64,000 nt of DNA, from assembly GCA_040954595.2 (NCBI GenBank), contig CM082598.2, positions 5,037,097 to 5,101,096 on the forward strand, in the 5' to 3' direction. Positions 1 through 11,243 of this stretch are shown here, piece after piece (position 1 is the stretch's first letter; each line of letters begins with the position of its first letter). This stretch comes from Balanoglossus misakiensis. Lineage: Eukaryota > Animalia > Hemichordata. The position numbers were made by a program, and so were the translations under genes. The notes beneath the pieces are model-generated. The model was not told the origin of the DNA, made no database searches, and saw only the letters and a program-made list of their open reading frames with translations.

Positions 1-3000
1 TGCCGTTGTTTGCTATCAAAACCTAGGGTGAAAAAGAACACGTTTTATTAAATAAACATGTAGCTACAAACCCAGGTTTATTAAAGCGTGTAGCTCGTCT
101 CACGCGCATGCGCGTAACTTCCCAGCACATTTCCGTTCGATGCATTAAAATAGTGGACTGCCTTCGCTTCCTTCCATATTTCATGCGCATCGTATAAGTA
201 GATTCTGGTTTTGTCCCTCCTTTTTACCCGAGCTAGTGTCTTTTCCCGATCTCCGACACAGATTATGGTCGCCGCCATCTTCTCTGTTGTTAGGACAGAG
301 CACTGCCTTATGGGATTGACTGTTCACTAAACGTCTGTAACCAGCGGCTACAGCTGGAACATGCGTGTGAGACGAGCTAGGCGCTTTAACCCAGCTTGGA
401 CGAAAACTTCTGAATGACATTATAGATCACCTTACCTTATTGATAACTTTATCGCCACCAAACTTCTTCACATACTCCTCAGGGGTAGCTATGGTGAAAT
501 CTTTCAAAGATTCTCTTCGTCTTGCTTGTTTTTGTAATTCATCTATCCTCACCAGATTCAGTCCGGACATAGTATGTCTGAAATAACACAAAAAGTGTCA
601 ATATTGTAACTTTCTGATATTAAACCATACACTGAGTTATATGACTATCCAAGTTTGTTTCTTGTTGTTAAATGAATGGTAGCTGTCACTTTCGAGGTAT
701 ATCTTTATAATCAATTTCTCTGGATTATATTACCGGTGCATATTTTTGTTCCAGTAGCTTGAACAGCGTGTTAAAAGAAATTCTTTTTTTTTCAGTACCA
801 ACTGTATGTGTCTTGCATAATTGTTGTTGTTGACTAAGTATTTTCAACATCCTGACCTCAGGATCATGTTGGCTAATGGTAACAAAGATTTCTAGTATCA
901 GCAATCACTGCCACACATCGCAGAGAACTGATGAAAAATATCACGAAAAGTGACAGCTACTCTCTTATATTAACCCTTTCACCACCATGGTTTGGTCCAA
1001 CTCTATTGTTCTTCATGGCAGAGTTAGACCTTTACATGGGGAAATGGGGGTGAAAGGGCTAACAAGACATTTCCAAAATTAAAATCAACTTACTAGTATT
1101 ATAGGATTATACAATACTACCATACATTTAGTAATTCAATAGGGATAGTGCATGTAGCAGGATTTGCATATCAATATTCAGACAGGACCTGTCAAATGTG
1201 TTAAACTACAAACATTCTACCTACTATCTCCTTGGAAATAAGCATTGAGTATGAAAAAACAAAGAACTTAAAACCAATAGATATTAAGAGTCTTTGAAAC
1301 CAATGTTTGAAGATTCTCTTTTATAACTCTAGAATAAAATGCTTGTGTGTTTGTGATATATACATAATACAACACACTGAAACTCACAACTAGTGTGTTT
1401 ATCAAAGAAATCAATCACCAGCAAATATGGCATACATTGTCCACACAACTGATGCTAACGTATATTATTGGGTTTGTCTTTAAGTGTGGACAAAAACTCT
1501 CGTACACAACACCACTGGACAGTGGAGTAACAGATGGCTTAATTAATTGTCGAGTCTGACCGGACAGTAACTAACACATTACCTCACTTCATGCTCCATG
1601 GTGGCTGTTTGTGTACAGTCTGAAGTTATATATACAGTAACACCCAAATATTTAGGCCACGGAAATCAGACGCAAAGTATGAGTCACATTGACTTTTCGG
1701 GAGCTGGTGACTTCAAACTGCAGCTGATACTGTTGGCAACCTATATAGACTATACTAGTGTCGATCATGAAGTCAGACTGAAGTTTTTCGCGATGAATGA
1801 ATAGAGGCGGACCCTTCATGCACGACAGCAGAAGTCGGCCTTACAGGGTCAATTGACTGGGGATATACAAGGTCAAAGGTCATGCACTGAGTTTGGTAAT
1901 TGGATCAATGGTATCAGTATCTCGGCTTGTAAGTTTAAGCTGCCACAGTGTGATCGGGAAACAATCAATTTGGCTTAATTTTACGGTAGGTGGAAGGTTT
2001 TACCATGACATAATGTTGTTTGTACACAATATATGTTCTGAGTTCTAACTTCTAACCACGCATATGCTTGTCGGTATACATCACAGATACTCAGTCCACA
2101 GACCCAACTACACCAATATACAATACTTGTACCTATGTGAACTTATATCAATTATTTAGAAAAAAATATGAACCCAAAGTATTTCACATTTTCCGCAATT
2201 GGCAGCTTATTTAAGCTACAAAGGCAGTGATGCAGGGAAAAAAAGTTTTTCATAGTTAGAGGTCTTTTCACCCTATTTTCTCTGAATGGATGCAACCATT
2301 CCACTGAAAGAAATAGGGTTTGCACCATTTGCAGGTTGGTGAAGGGGTGCAGACATGCAGGAATGCCAAGGCAGCAACACTGCGAAAACATCACAGATCT
2401 AGAAACACCTAACGGTACACTACAAACAGTATAATGAGAAAATGCCACCAAAAAATGAACCATGCTCGCAACAAAAATACTAGATCTGTTGAGAAACGTG
2501 AAAAGTGATATGAACAGTCCCATTTCTACTTGAAGTGAATACACAAGTTCAATAATTTTTTCTAAGCTGATTTAGATCTGCTTTGATCCAACCATTCTGA
2601 TCTGATCTATTCTGATTTAAAGGTATACGGTCACCCATTGAAAATTAGCTATAGTTACCATGGCAAAATGAGATCTAGCCAATCACTGATTTTCAGTGGG
2701 TGGCACACGCGAAATAAAGAGCGCCACCATATGTTCTTTCGAACGCCCAAATATGCCATTTTAACCATATATGGGCGTAAGTAAATTGGAGGTGACTGTA
2801 TACCTTTAAGCTGATCACGCCGAAATCACTTTATTCACATTGGAGAGTAGTAAAGGAACACATGACAATAGGATATTACAGAATGTTAGAAACCTTTCCA
2901 AGTCCAACAGTTGTGGACTTTTGTGACGTATTTGTGAATGATGGTATGAAGCTCCTAATGGATTGGAATGGCTACGAGGAAAAAAATAAAAAAAACATCA

Positions 3001-6000
3001 ACAAATTAATCCTGAAAATTAGACATGACCTTGATACAATCTGAATCTATCTCTGCAATATTATGAAACTGATGGATGTCAAGTTTTGGAATATTGAGCA
3101 TGGTGCAAACATGTCCAGGGCTGTGAAATTAACACTGGTGCATGTATGATGGAAGCAACTATTAAAGGTATACAGTCACCTATGAAAAATGAGCTATAGT
3201 TACCATGGCGAATTGAGATTTAGCCAATCGCTGATTTTCAGAGCACCGCCATATGTTCTTTAGAATGCTCAATACTCCATTTCAGCCAAATATGGGCGTA
3301 TGTACATCGGGGTTGACTGTATACCTTTAAAACCTCAATACTTACTTATAACTTAGTTACTACTATTAGTACTATGCAAACTAAACATGCAACATGTTGT
3401 AAACTATAAGCAACGTTCATCTCTACACATCTGAACTCTAACATGTTCACAGCAGTGAAAACACTGGTGTATCCTATATGACAGGAGCAACTATTAAAAC
3501 CTCCATACTTACTACGCAAACTAAACATGCAAAATGCCGAACATTTCTGCAGCCAACATCTCTAAAACACCTGAACTCTAATAGTAATAGCGCTGACAGG
3601 AAAATGCATGCTGGATAATTTCCTGAACTGCATTACCTACTGAAATATACAGCTTTAGAATCTGATCACGTAGAAAGACTTGAAAATGCTACAGTACTAA
3701 GTGTTGCTAATGGCTACCTGTTGAAGGACAGCTTACTTTCCACAATGATTACACAACATTCAATCATTTAACCCTTTCACCCCGATTTTGCCCTTTATAG
3801 AGGTCCAACTTTACTATAGAAAACAATAGATTTGGACCAAACCATGATGGTGAAAGGGTTAAATGATTGAAGAAAGATATAATCGACATTCAAGTATTGG
3901 TGAAGAAATTTAAAAAAACTTATATTTGTAATTTTAATAGCAGACTGCAGTGATTATGATGCTGTTTATTTGGGTGGTTGATTCAAATATAGCAAATAAC
4001 CTAATACTGGACAGCTCAACTAGAAAAAGAAATTGTAATTCATACTAAAAATATATGACCATCTGTTACTGTTTTTCCCCCTGGATGATTAATGCTATTT
4101 TTGGAAAGTTGTGTTGAAAATAAGCTGCCAGACAACAGTTAAATGAATACTAAAAAGTACGACATGGCTAAAGTACTAAAACATGATAATAAAGTAAAAT
4201 ATCTCTCCACCAACCCTTTCACTGACAAATCACATAGATGTCTGCATGGGCATCAATCAATATAGTGCTTATTCCTGTTTGACAGATTATGGAAATATCA
4301 ATTATGATTACAAGATGTTTTTAACAACTGCTATGATACGAACACTCATAAAACTTATCAGACATCAAAGATATGGACATTTAATGATCGCTGTGGGTTC
4401 TGAAGTAGGAAATCAACATTTACACAGCACGATGCAGGAGATATCAATTTCACTCCGTCGAATATAAACACAACCCCACACCTCTCAGTACTGTGTTTTT
4501 CAAGGGAGCTGAAAGCTTGGCTTATATTTAGAAAAATCCTTTGCCAGAAAAAAAACATCTCCCTCAATAGGTAATTGGCTGATTGAATAGCTTCAGGTTT
4601 TTGTTGTGACAAGAGAATGCACTGGTCCATTCTGTCAAACTTGCTCTGTGACTTGCTATAAATGTGAGTGCATTGTACATCCATTGTACTTGTTTACAAA
4701 CATAAATAGGTCATCGAGTTACTTGACCTTCAAATAATGTTTGATCTGTCGAAACATCTTCAGAGATCCTTTCTTTTGATGCAGTGTAAACTGAAAAATG
4801 AATAGCCAAATAGCAAACTACCTCATTCAAAAGCTTGTAGTGTATATACTGTTATGCTAACACTTACCGACGCTTCATTTCGCTGACTGTGTGATGATAC
4901 ATGTAATTTGGCAGGTATCTGGTTCTGACATGCGATCCTATAGCCGTCAAGTAAACTGTACCGTGTACTGTATGTTCCTATCTGCGGTCATGTACCTGTG
5001 ACCATGTGGCCCCGTTACCTTTTAAAACTTCCATTGAGATTCAAATTATTGACACCGGAATGACATCTGTGCACTGTTGTTGGAAGACCTTGAAAATCAC
5101 AAACGGGCAATGGAAAAACTGACACGATCTCCTAGTGCAACAGCCAATTATATTTATAAACGCGATTTCCAACCCCGCGAGCAGCGAACAGTTCAGGGTA
5201 CTTTTCATTTACCCAATCTGTGTGGATTCTATATTCAGATTCTGGACCCCTGTCATTGAGAACTACGGATTGGAATGAACTCGATCAAATACCGCACGTC
5301 TGAGTCTCCTGCTAATATACCACGTACAAGTAAGTGGTTTTATATCTTCATTGCCAGAAAATTGTTCTACTTCACAGATATACTGCATGTCAATCAAACC
5401 AGAGAATACCATAAGCATACTGACAGCACATTGTTACATGTATTTTCATCCTGTAACACCTATAATCGGAAATGCTATGTATATTTCACACAACAAGATA
5501 TCCTGCAATAGTGCTAAAACTTCATGTTTATACAAACAAAACACTAGTTGCTATTCTCGAGCAAGATTCTCTGCACAACATTACAGTATACAGAGAAAAT
5601 GGTGGCCTTGTCTGCTTGATGCAAACATAGCTGGAATATTTTTAGCAAAACAAGGAGACCTGTATTTCAATTTAATTTTAACTCAGACATAAAACAGCTA
5701 ATGCTGAACTGGGGTCACTGTAACCTGCATATGTGATATTTCACATCCAGAAAAATTCACTAATGCGAAGTAGGTAGAAATGCTTTAAACATGACACACT
5801 CACTCAGTATTCAACACTGAATGTTTTCTACTGCACTTTTGGTATTTGCAGTGACTTAGAATTATAACTGTCTCATGACGCAGGACACTTGCTGCTACTC
5901 ATCTAATCAAGGAAAAATAATCTCCCTGCTAATTAATGTCCGTTTTATGTCAACAAAAGATGAAATACAAAATGTTACCTTAATAATTTCTACCGCTGCC

Positions 6001-8177
6001 TGACGACCCACGATCCAAATCTGCTTCTAAAATTAGCTTTCATGAGTAAGTTGGTATACTAGTATCAGTGTCTCAGCTATGCGTGTGTCAAGCGATACTG
6101 CTAGGTTTCTGATTACAGACTTCTTTACTGACAGTGCAGTTGTATTACAGTAGTACTTAAGGAGATCGTAATATTATTTTACTATTTCACTTCTTATCCA
6201 CTTACCACTGTTAATGATCAATGAATTTTTATTAACTTTACTACGGCCATTATTGTGTAGGGTTTTCTATTCTTTACATTGATGTCCTTTACATTCACAT
6301 CTTTTCTTTAATGAAAGACAGGATATCAAACCCTGGGGATCCAGGGGAGGTACTTTAACAGACATGTCATGATTAAAGGTATACGGTCACCTACGTAAAT
6401 TTAGCTACAGTTACCATGGCAAATTGAGATCTGGCCAATCACCGACTTTTAGTGGGTGGCACACGCGAAAAATAGAGCACCGCTATTTGTTCTGTAGAAC
6501 ACTAAAGTGCTCCATTTTAGCCATATATGGGCGTATGAAAATTGGAGGTGACCGTGTACCTTTAAAGTCTGTTTCAAGCAATGGTGGCTCGTTCTCACAA
6601 ACGAAGCGACTGTACAGTGAAAGGGTTGCGGGAGGATTGCATGCAATGTCATCTAGAACAGAAGCACTGAAGACTGCCCTCTATGGCCAAAACAAAACAT
6701 TTCTCATGCACCATTCGATCTGACATGACAGAAATATTTCAAGGCGAATGAATATAACATTCTCAAAGCTGTTGAAAGGAATCAAAAGACACTGTTTACC
6801 AGGCATACTTGCAAGTCCCTTGTTTACAGGTATGCAGCTTCCTGTAATAAAATGTAACATTTGCCTGAATGGATGACGATTATGCGATACACACCAGATA
6901 AAAGTATCACACAATCTTATATAACTGAAGGAAGACAGATTATTTCTGAATAAGTACTACATGTGTATTCATATACCTGTGTATTCATAGGTGAATGAAT
7001 AATTAGTATTTAACACATGTTTTTTGCTTGGGTTGGGGAACACTGGACTCATTGTAATTTGTAAAACTGGTTTTGAATATTAGTGGTGTGGTTTATAAAC
7101 CAGCATGTACTGAAGCTTCTATACAGTATATTTACAACCCAAATGAATTGGCCCTTGTAAAGTTAAAACATGATGGGGTCGCCAAATCATACGATCATTT
7201 CTTCATTCACAAACATGCTAACGTACATGTACAAACACAATGTAATGAGCGTAATACGTCATTATAAAAAGTCAGTGACCAAAGTTCAACTGGTCAACAA
7301 GGTAAACTGCATTGTAAGCAACAGAATCCATATTAACCATTTACAGGTGCTATTCATTATTAGAAAATATATAAAGTGTCAGAATCACTCACTATTAAAA
7401 GTAATTTAAGTGACAGAAGCAGGTAGAATTTTGAATTGAAACTGGAACATTTTGCAAGTGGTAAAATTGTTAAGATTTAGCTTTCATCAGTTACAACAAT
7501 CTATGACCATGAAAGTTTACGATTACTGAGTAACAGAAACCATGTTTCTGATTTTTCAAGATATACGATCTAGTTAAAATCTGCTGATTATGCCAAAAGG
7601 CCTGCTTCCAAGTCACAAGAAAGCTACTATACACATCTAAATACAAATTACATTATACAGAGACCTCCTTATATTGTTGGGAGATTTCGATAAGTAATGT
7701 TTGCAAAGAAAATCAGGTTCAAGCAGGGGGGAATTACAATACTCAAAGTTAAATGCTACATACTGTAAACCAGGAAATTTTCACAACAGGAAATTTCACG
7801 ATATCTGCAAATAACATTCTGTTGTACACAATGTTATTTCGTGACCACTTATTATAAGTTCGCAAAGATTTCCTGTTTTACAGTAATTCTGTAAGGAAAG
7901 TACAGAGTGGAAAATACTATTATGACATCTGTTGGTTGATGCAGCCTTACCTGAACTTGGGTGAGGTTGGGTTGAACCCACTGGAGTTGGTTGCCACTCC
8001 ATCAGTGGCTGCTCCACCAGCTCCAGAGAGCATCTCACAAGATGGTGATGGAGAGACACTTGGTGACGTATCCGGGGAAACAGTGAACTTCACTTTCTTC
8101 TCCGTCTTCTGCTCATCTCCGTCCTGGGACGAACTGCTGGTCGAAACCAACGATGGCTTTTTCTTCTTGGACAGCAT
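1..8177 (-). CDS. ACC: Acetyl-CoA carboxylase, 5' coding exons (gene continues beyond the left edge of the window)
   Basis: Exons 8177-7951 (MLSKKKK...SPKFR), 577-436 (HTMSGLNLVRIDELQKQARRRESLKDFTIATPEEYVKKFGGDKVINK) and 22-1 (VLIANNG) join in frame through GT/AG sites. They match the metazoan ACC N-terminus 'MSGLHLV...[29 protein letters not shown]', the start of the biotin carboxylase domain. Confidence 0.95.
81..389. mobile_element. Kolobok-like TTAA MITE family D (about 300 bp); also at 22067-22365, with diverged copies near 45175-45480 and 55073-55345
   Basis: TTAA-flanked imperfect TIRs agcg(t/g)gtagctcgt...acgagcta..cgct; near-identical copy at 22067. Confidence 0.75.
970..1062. mobile_element. 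piggyBac-like TTAA MITE (about 90 bp); also at 3768-3862, 13770-13861, 14047-14139, 19274-19367, 21862-21915 (partial) and 51833-51925
   Basis: TTAA|ccctttcacc...ggtgaaaggg|TTAA termini with a shared interior (ccatggtttggtccaa). Confidence 0.8.
1583..1599 (-). CDS. Candidate alternative first coding exon of ACC (MEHEVR-)
   Basis: Minus strand reads GCCACC ATG GAG CAT GAA GTG AG|gtaatg: a perfect Kozak context and a phase-2 donor in frame with the 577 acceptor. Confidence 0.7.
1870..1882 (+). promoter_or_regulatory. Perfect DR1 nuclear-receptor element AGGTCAAAGGTCA upstream of the candidate ACC internal first exon
   Basis: Exact motif about 270 bp 5' (on the minus strand) of the Kozak ATG at 1599. 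Confidence 0.35.
2617..2809. mobile_element. Kolobok-like TTAA MITE family A (about 190 bp); also at 3162-3330, 6373-6565, 14136-14328, 17441-17633, 22602-22795 and partial near 55840-55933
   Basis: TIR aggtatac(g/a)gtcacc...ggtgac(t/c)gtatacct with TTAA at both ends; highly similar interiors across copies. Confidence 0.85.
4723..4790 (-). CDS. Candidate ACC cassette exon with its own ATG at 4757 (MFRQIKHYLKVK-)
   Basis: Acceptor tttttcag| at 4790, aagATG at 4757, donor CAA|gtaact at 4723 in phase 2, in frame with exon 577-436. Confidence 0.35.
4868..4878 (-). CDS. Candidate alternative first coding exon of ACC (MKRR-)
   Basis: ATG AAG CGT CG|gtaagt: consensus donor, phase 2, in frame with the 577 acceptor. 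Confidence 0.5.
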
Positions 8178-10424
8178 CTTGTCCAGCAGGTCTCTCAGTG
8201 CAAATACTACCGCTATGCAGAGATCTGTGAAGCAGAAAAAGATTTCACAGCAAATGAAGGAAACTGGGTGCCAGCATGTTCAACCGAACTGTGTGATGGA
8301 AAAATTCCTTCCGGTGACAATACACCACGATGTGACAATGAGGTTAATGATCAGACTGGTCAATGGTCAGAGGCTGGTCACTCAGTGACCGTTGTCAGAC
8401 GGCCCAATGACCCAGTTACACATTTACTCATTCATTGATCCAAAGTATCTCAAGTCTAGAAATTTCCAAGCAAAATGGCATTTAGCTACTGGAGAAATTT
8501 CCAGTGTTTTTTTCGGTATGGTTGGGTACATGGTATAGTTATAAATGCATTGCAGTAGCCACTAACAAACATAATTTTGAAAAGCTCTGAGTCAAATTGA
8601 GTATTTCTAAAAAAATTCTCTGAGTCAGCCCTATACCTTTACTTGTATTGTGGATAAGTTTCTTGAGTCACCAGTGAGTTGTTGAGTCAGTGGCACGTCC
8701 TATTTGCTAGTTAGACGGCACACTGATGCATTGACATATCAAGGGACTGGGTGACCCTAGTAACATTTTACCAGGGTACATATTACCAGACCTACTGTTC
8801 ACAGATTTCAGTGGACAGAATGCCATTTACAGTTACAGAGACTGTCACTGATGAAATTTCCAGGGAATGCAGAGATCGGCGCCACAACTACTGTCCTTCT
8901 ACAAGTCAACCCTTGATTCTCTTAATTAAAACTCTTTCACCACTAAGTTTTGGCCCAAATTCATTATTTTCTATGGTAAATTTGAAACTCTCCAGAGTAA
9001 AAGAATTAAACGGAAATCCGGCATTCCCCACACAATTTAAGTTTTCTGGAAACCTGAGACAGGCAAGAGATTTAGAAGCAGTTTGTAGAAAAGAAATGAT
9101 TACCTAACCATCAAACGTCAATATACATAACTTTCTATTAATATGCCATTTCCATGGAAACAGTTGAGACACACTAACAGGCCTGAATACTTTGATTAAA
9201 TTCTTTCCTGTTGCTTGTGCCTGCAACATTTTAGTCCCCAGCTGAGGCAGTCAAAATCAATTACATTGCTTTTCAGGGAGTAAGCCGTTAGATTGAGTTA
9301 CTGTAAATAGACGGAATTGGGCATTATGAGAAGTACAGGTACCTGCAAAGGTGACTGGGAATACATTGTTAGTTGCAAATGCAGGTAATTTATTTTACTG
9401 GGAACAGAGATTTAGCAAGGAATGATATAACCGCCTACCAAAAATTATTTTTTTAACTTAATAAAAATGCTTATTTACATGTATTAGAGAGGTTTGTTCA
9501 AATTGAAGATATCCTCATTTGCTTATTAACTATTAATAAGTTACATTTTTTTTCACTAGAAAGAGCTATCTTAAATGATATCAACAATTTCTTTTCACTT
9601 ACTGCATTACCCAGCATTTTTCTCAAAGAAAACATTTTTTCTACTGGTACTCAAAGGTGGAAATGTACTGGCAGTAATAAGCTCCCGTCTTCATAAGTCA
9701 AACAATACTTGAAGTTGTACAGATTGATCCAGAATAATATCAAATGGCCAATATCTATACTTGGTTAGGTAATATTTAAAAAAAATGGAATATGAAGTCT
9801 TACACCTAAATATGGCAATCTAGACATTGACTTATTTTTAATTTTTTTTCTAATATACTTTCAATATTAATTTTCACATAAAATAAATACCCTTGTTCAT
9901 TTAACTTTTTAAAACATTACTTGTTACAAAATTATACAGTTCTTATCCATATGATATCTGATATGTTGGTACAAGTTGTCATTTTGCCAAGAATGGGCCA
10001 TGAAGTGTGTCAGCCATCATCAAAATAATCTAATTTTAATTTTATAAAAAGTTGTATAATTTCTAATTCTGATAGAAATACTGCATTAAACATAAACATG
10101 GAAATGCAGTCCAATGTTGATTTCATGTTGTTGATATCATACGTACGTCCATGATATACTCTTATTCGGCATTAAATTTTGACTTTGTATGTGTGAACGC
10201 GGAAGAAAGTGCATGTTTTATAAAAATCACCACACAGCGAATACCGGATCCTGGCCGAATTTCCAAAGAGCGTGGTCATGTCCGGGTCTACGGACGTCCG
10301 GGTTCACTTCCGTCAACATTTCTGGTGCGTCCGTGAACTCATTTCTGTTCCTCGAGCGAGGAATACTGTAAGCACTTTTGACTGAGAAAATTCAGGTTAA
10401 AAATTAATTAAAACATTTACTTAC

Positions 10425-10560
10425 CTAAAACCTTTCGCAAGATATCAATCTTGTGACTTTTGAACCGATGACACCGCGAGGATCAAATGATGTCCCCTCC
10501 CACTTTTTCGGCTGCTCGAGTTGTAGTCTGCAACAAGTGACGCTATGCTAGTGTACACGT
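10425..10560 (-). other. Probable non-coding first exon (5' UTR) of ACC; upstream boundary approximate
   Basis: Strong donor TTAG|gtaagt at 10425 in a CpG-richer segment. No in-frame ATG after an in-frame TGA. Would splice to the acceptor at 8224. Confidence 0.5.
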
Positions 10561-11243
10561 TGATGTGGCTCTCCGGAAAACGGCAAACCCTGCCGATTTT
10601 TCCCCTCAGAAAATGATTATTGACTCACTCAACTCCCTGTAGCACACACACTTGATCTTCTATACCATGTAGAACTGGTTGTAATACTGACGCAAATATC
10701 AGCTGATATCACATAGGTTATCTTACAAGTAGCTGGAAATCCGAACATGTATGTAAATATGACCCTTTAACCTGCTCAATATTATACTCCCCTTTTGAAT
10801 TATTTTATCACTCCCTATCCTCTACTGCCGTCAAAATATTCTTAGAAACACGTATTTCCAGTAATATAGTTTCTTTGTTGCATAAATTTGTCTAAGGCAA
10901 TGATATAATTCATTACAATTTGATAAATAAACAAAAAGCGGCCATAGCTGTGAAGAAAAGTTACGTCAGGGGGGGACATAATTTTGGACACGTCCATTAC
11001 ACGTTGGGGATAGTGAAACCTGCCAAATAAAAACAGAGGTGACCTAGTTTTTTTTCTTAGTGTCTAAACAATATGATTATTGAAACATTTTCGTATAAAA
11101 TGTAATGATTATGGTTGCAGTATCATAAAATTGATTCCAAATGTCATTTTATTTATCAAGAAATTGACAACAGCTTAACATATCATTTCCGTTATCTTAG
11201 GGAGTTTATTCAGAGCACCTAAGTTTACCACTGTATCATAAAC
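10560..11243. promoter_or_regulatory. Probable bidirectional promoter between ACC and ARP6
   Basis: About 0.7 kb separates the divergent 5' ends (candidate ACC exon 1 and the ARP6 ATG at 11244). Confidence 0.45.

Noticed and set aside
5979-6043. Another ATG...gt candidate first exon for ACC
   Set aside because: An in-frame TAG precedes the donor, so it cannot encode an ACC N-terminus; it could at most be non-coding.
6424-6723. Recurrent short ORFs containing 'FSGWHTRK' (also 14121, 17466, 22650)
   Set aside because: They are readings of the 190-bp non-coding MITE family A, not a gene family.
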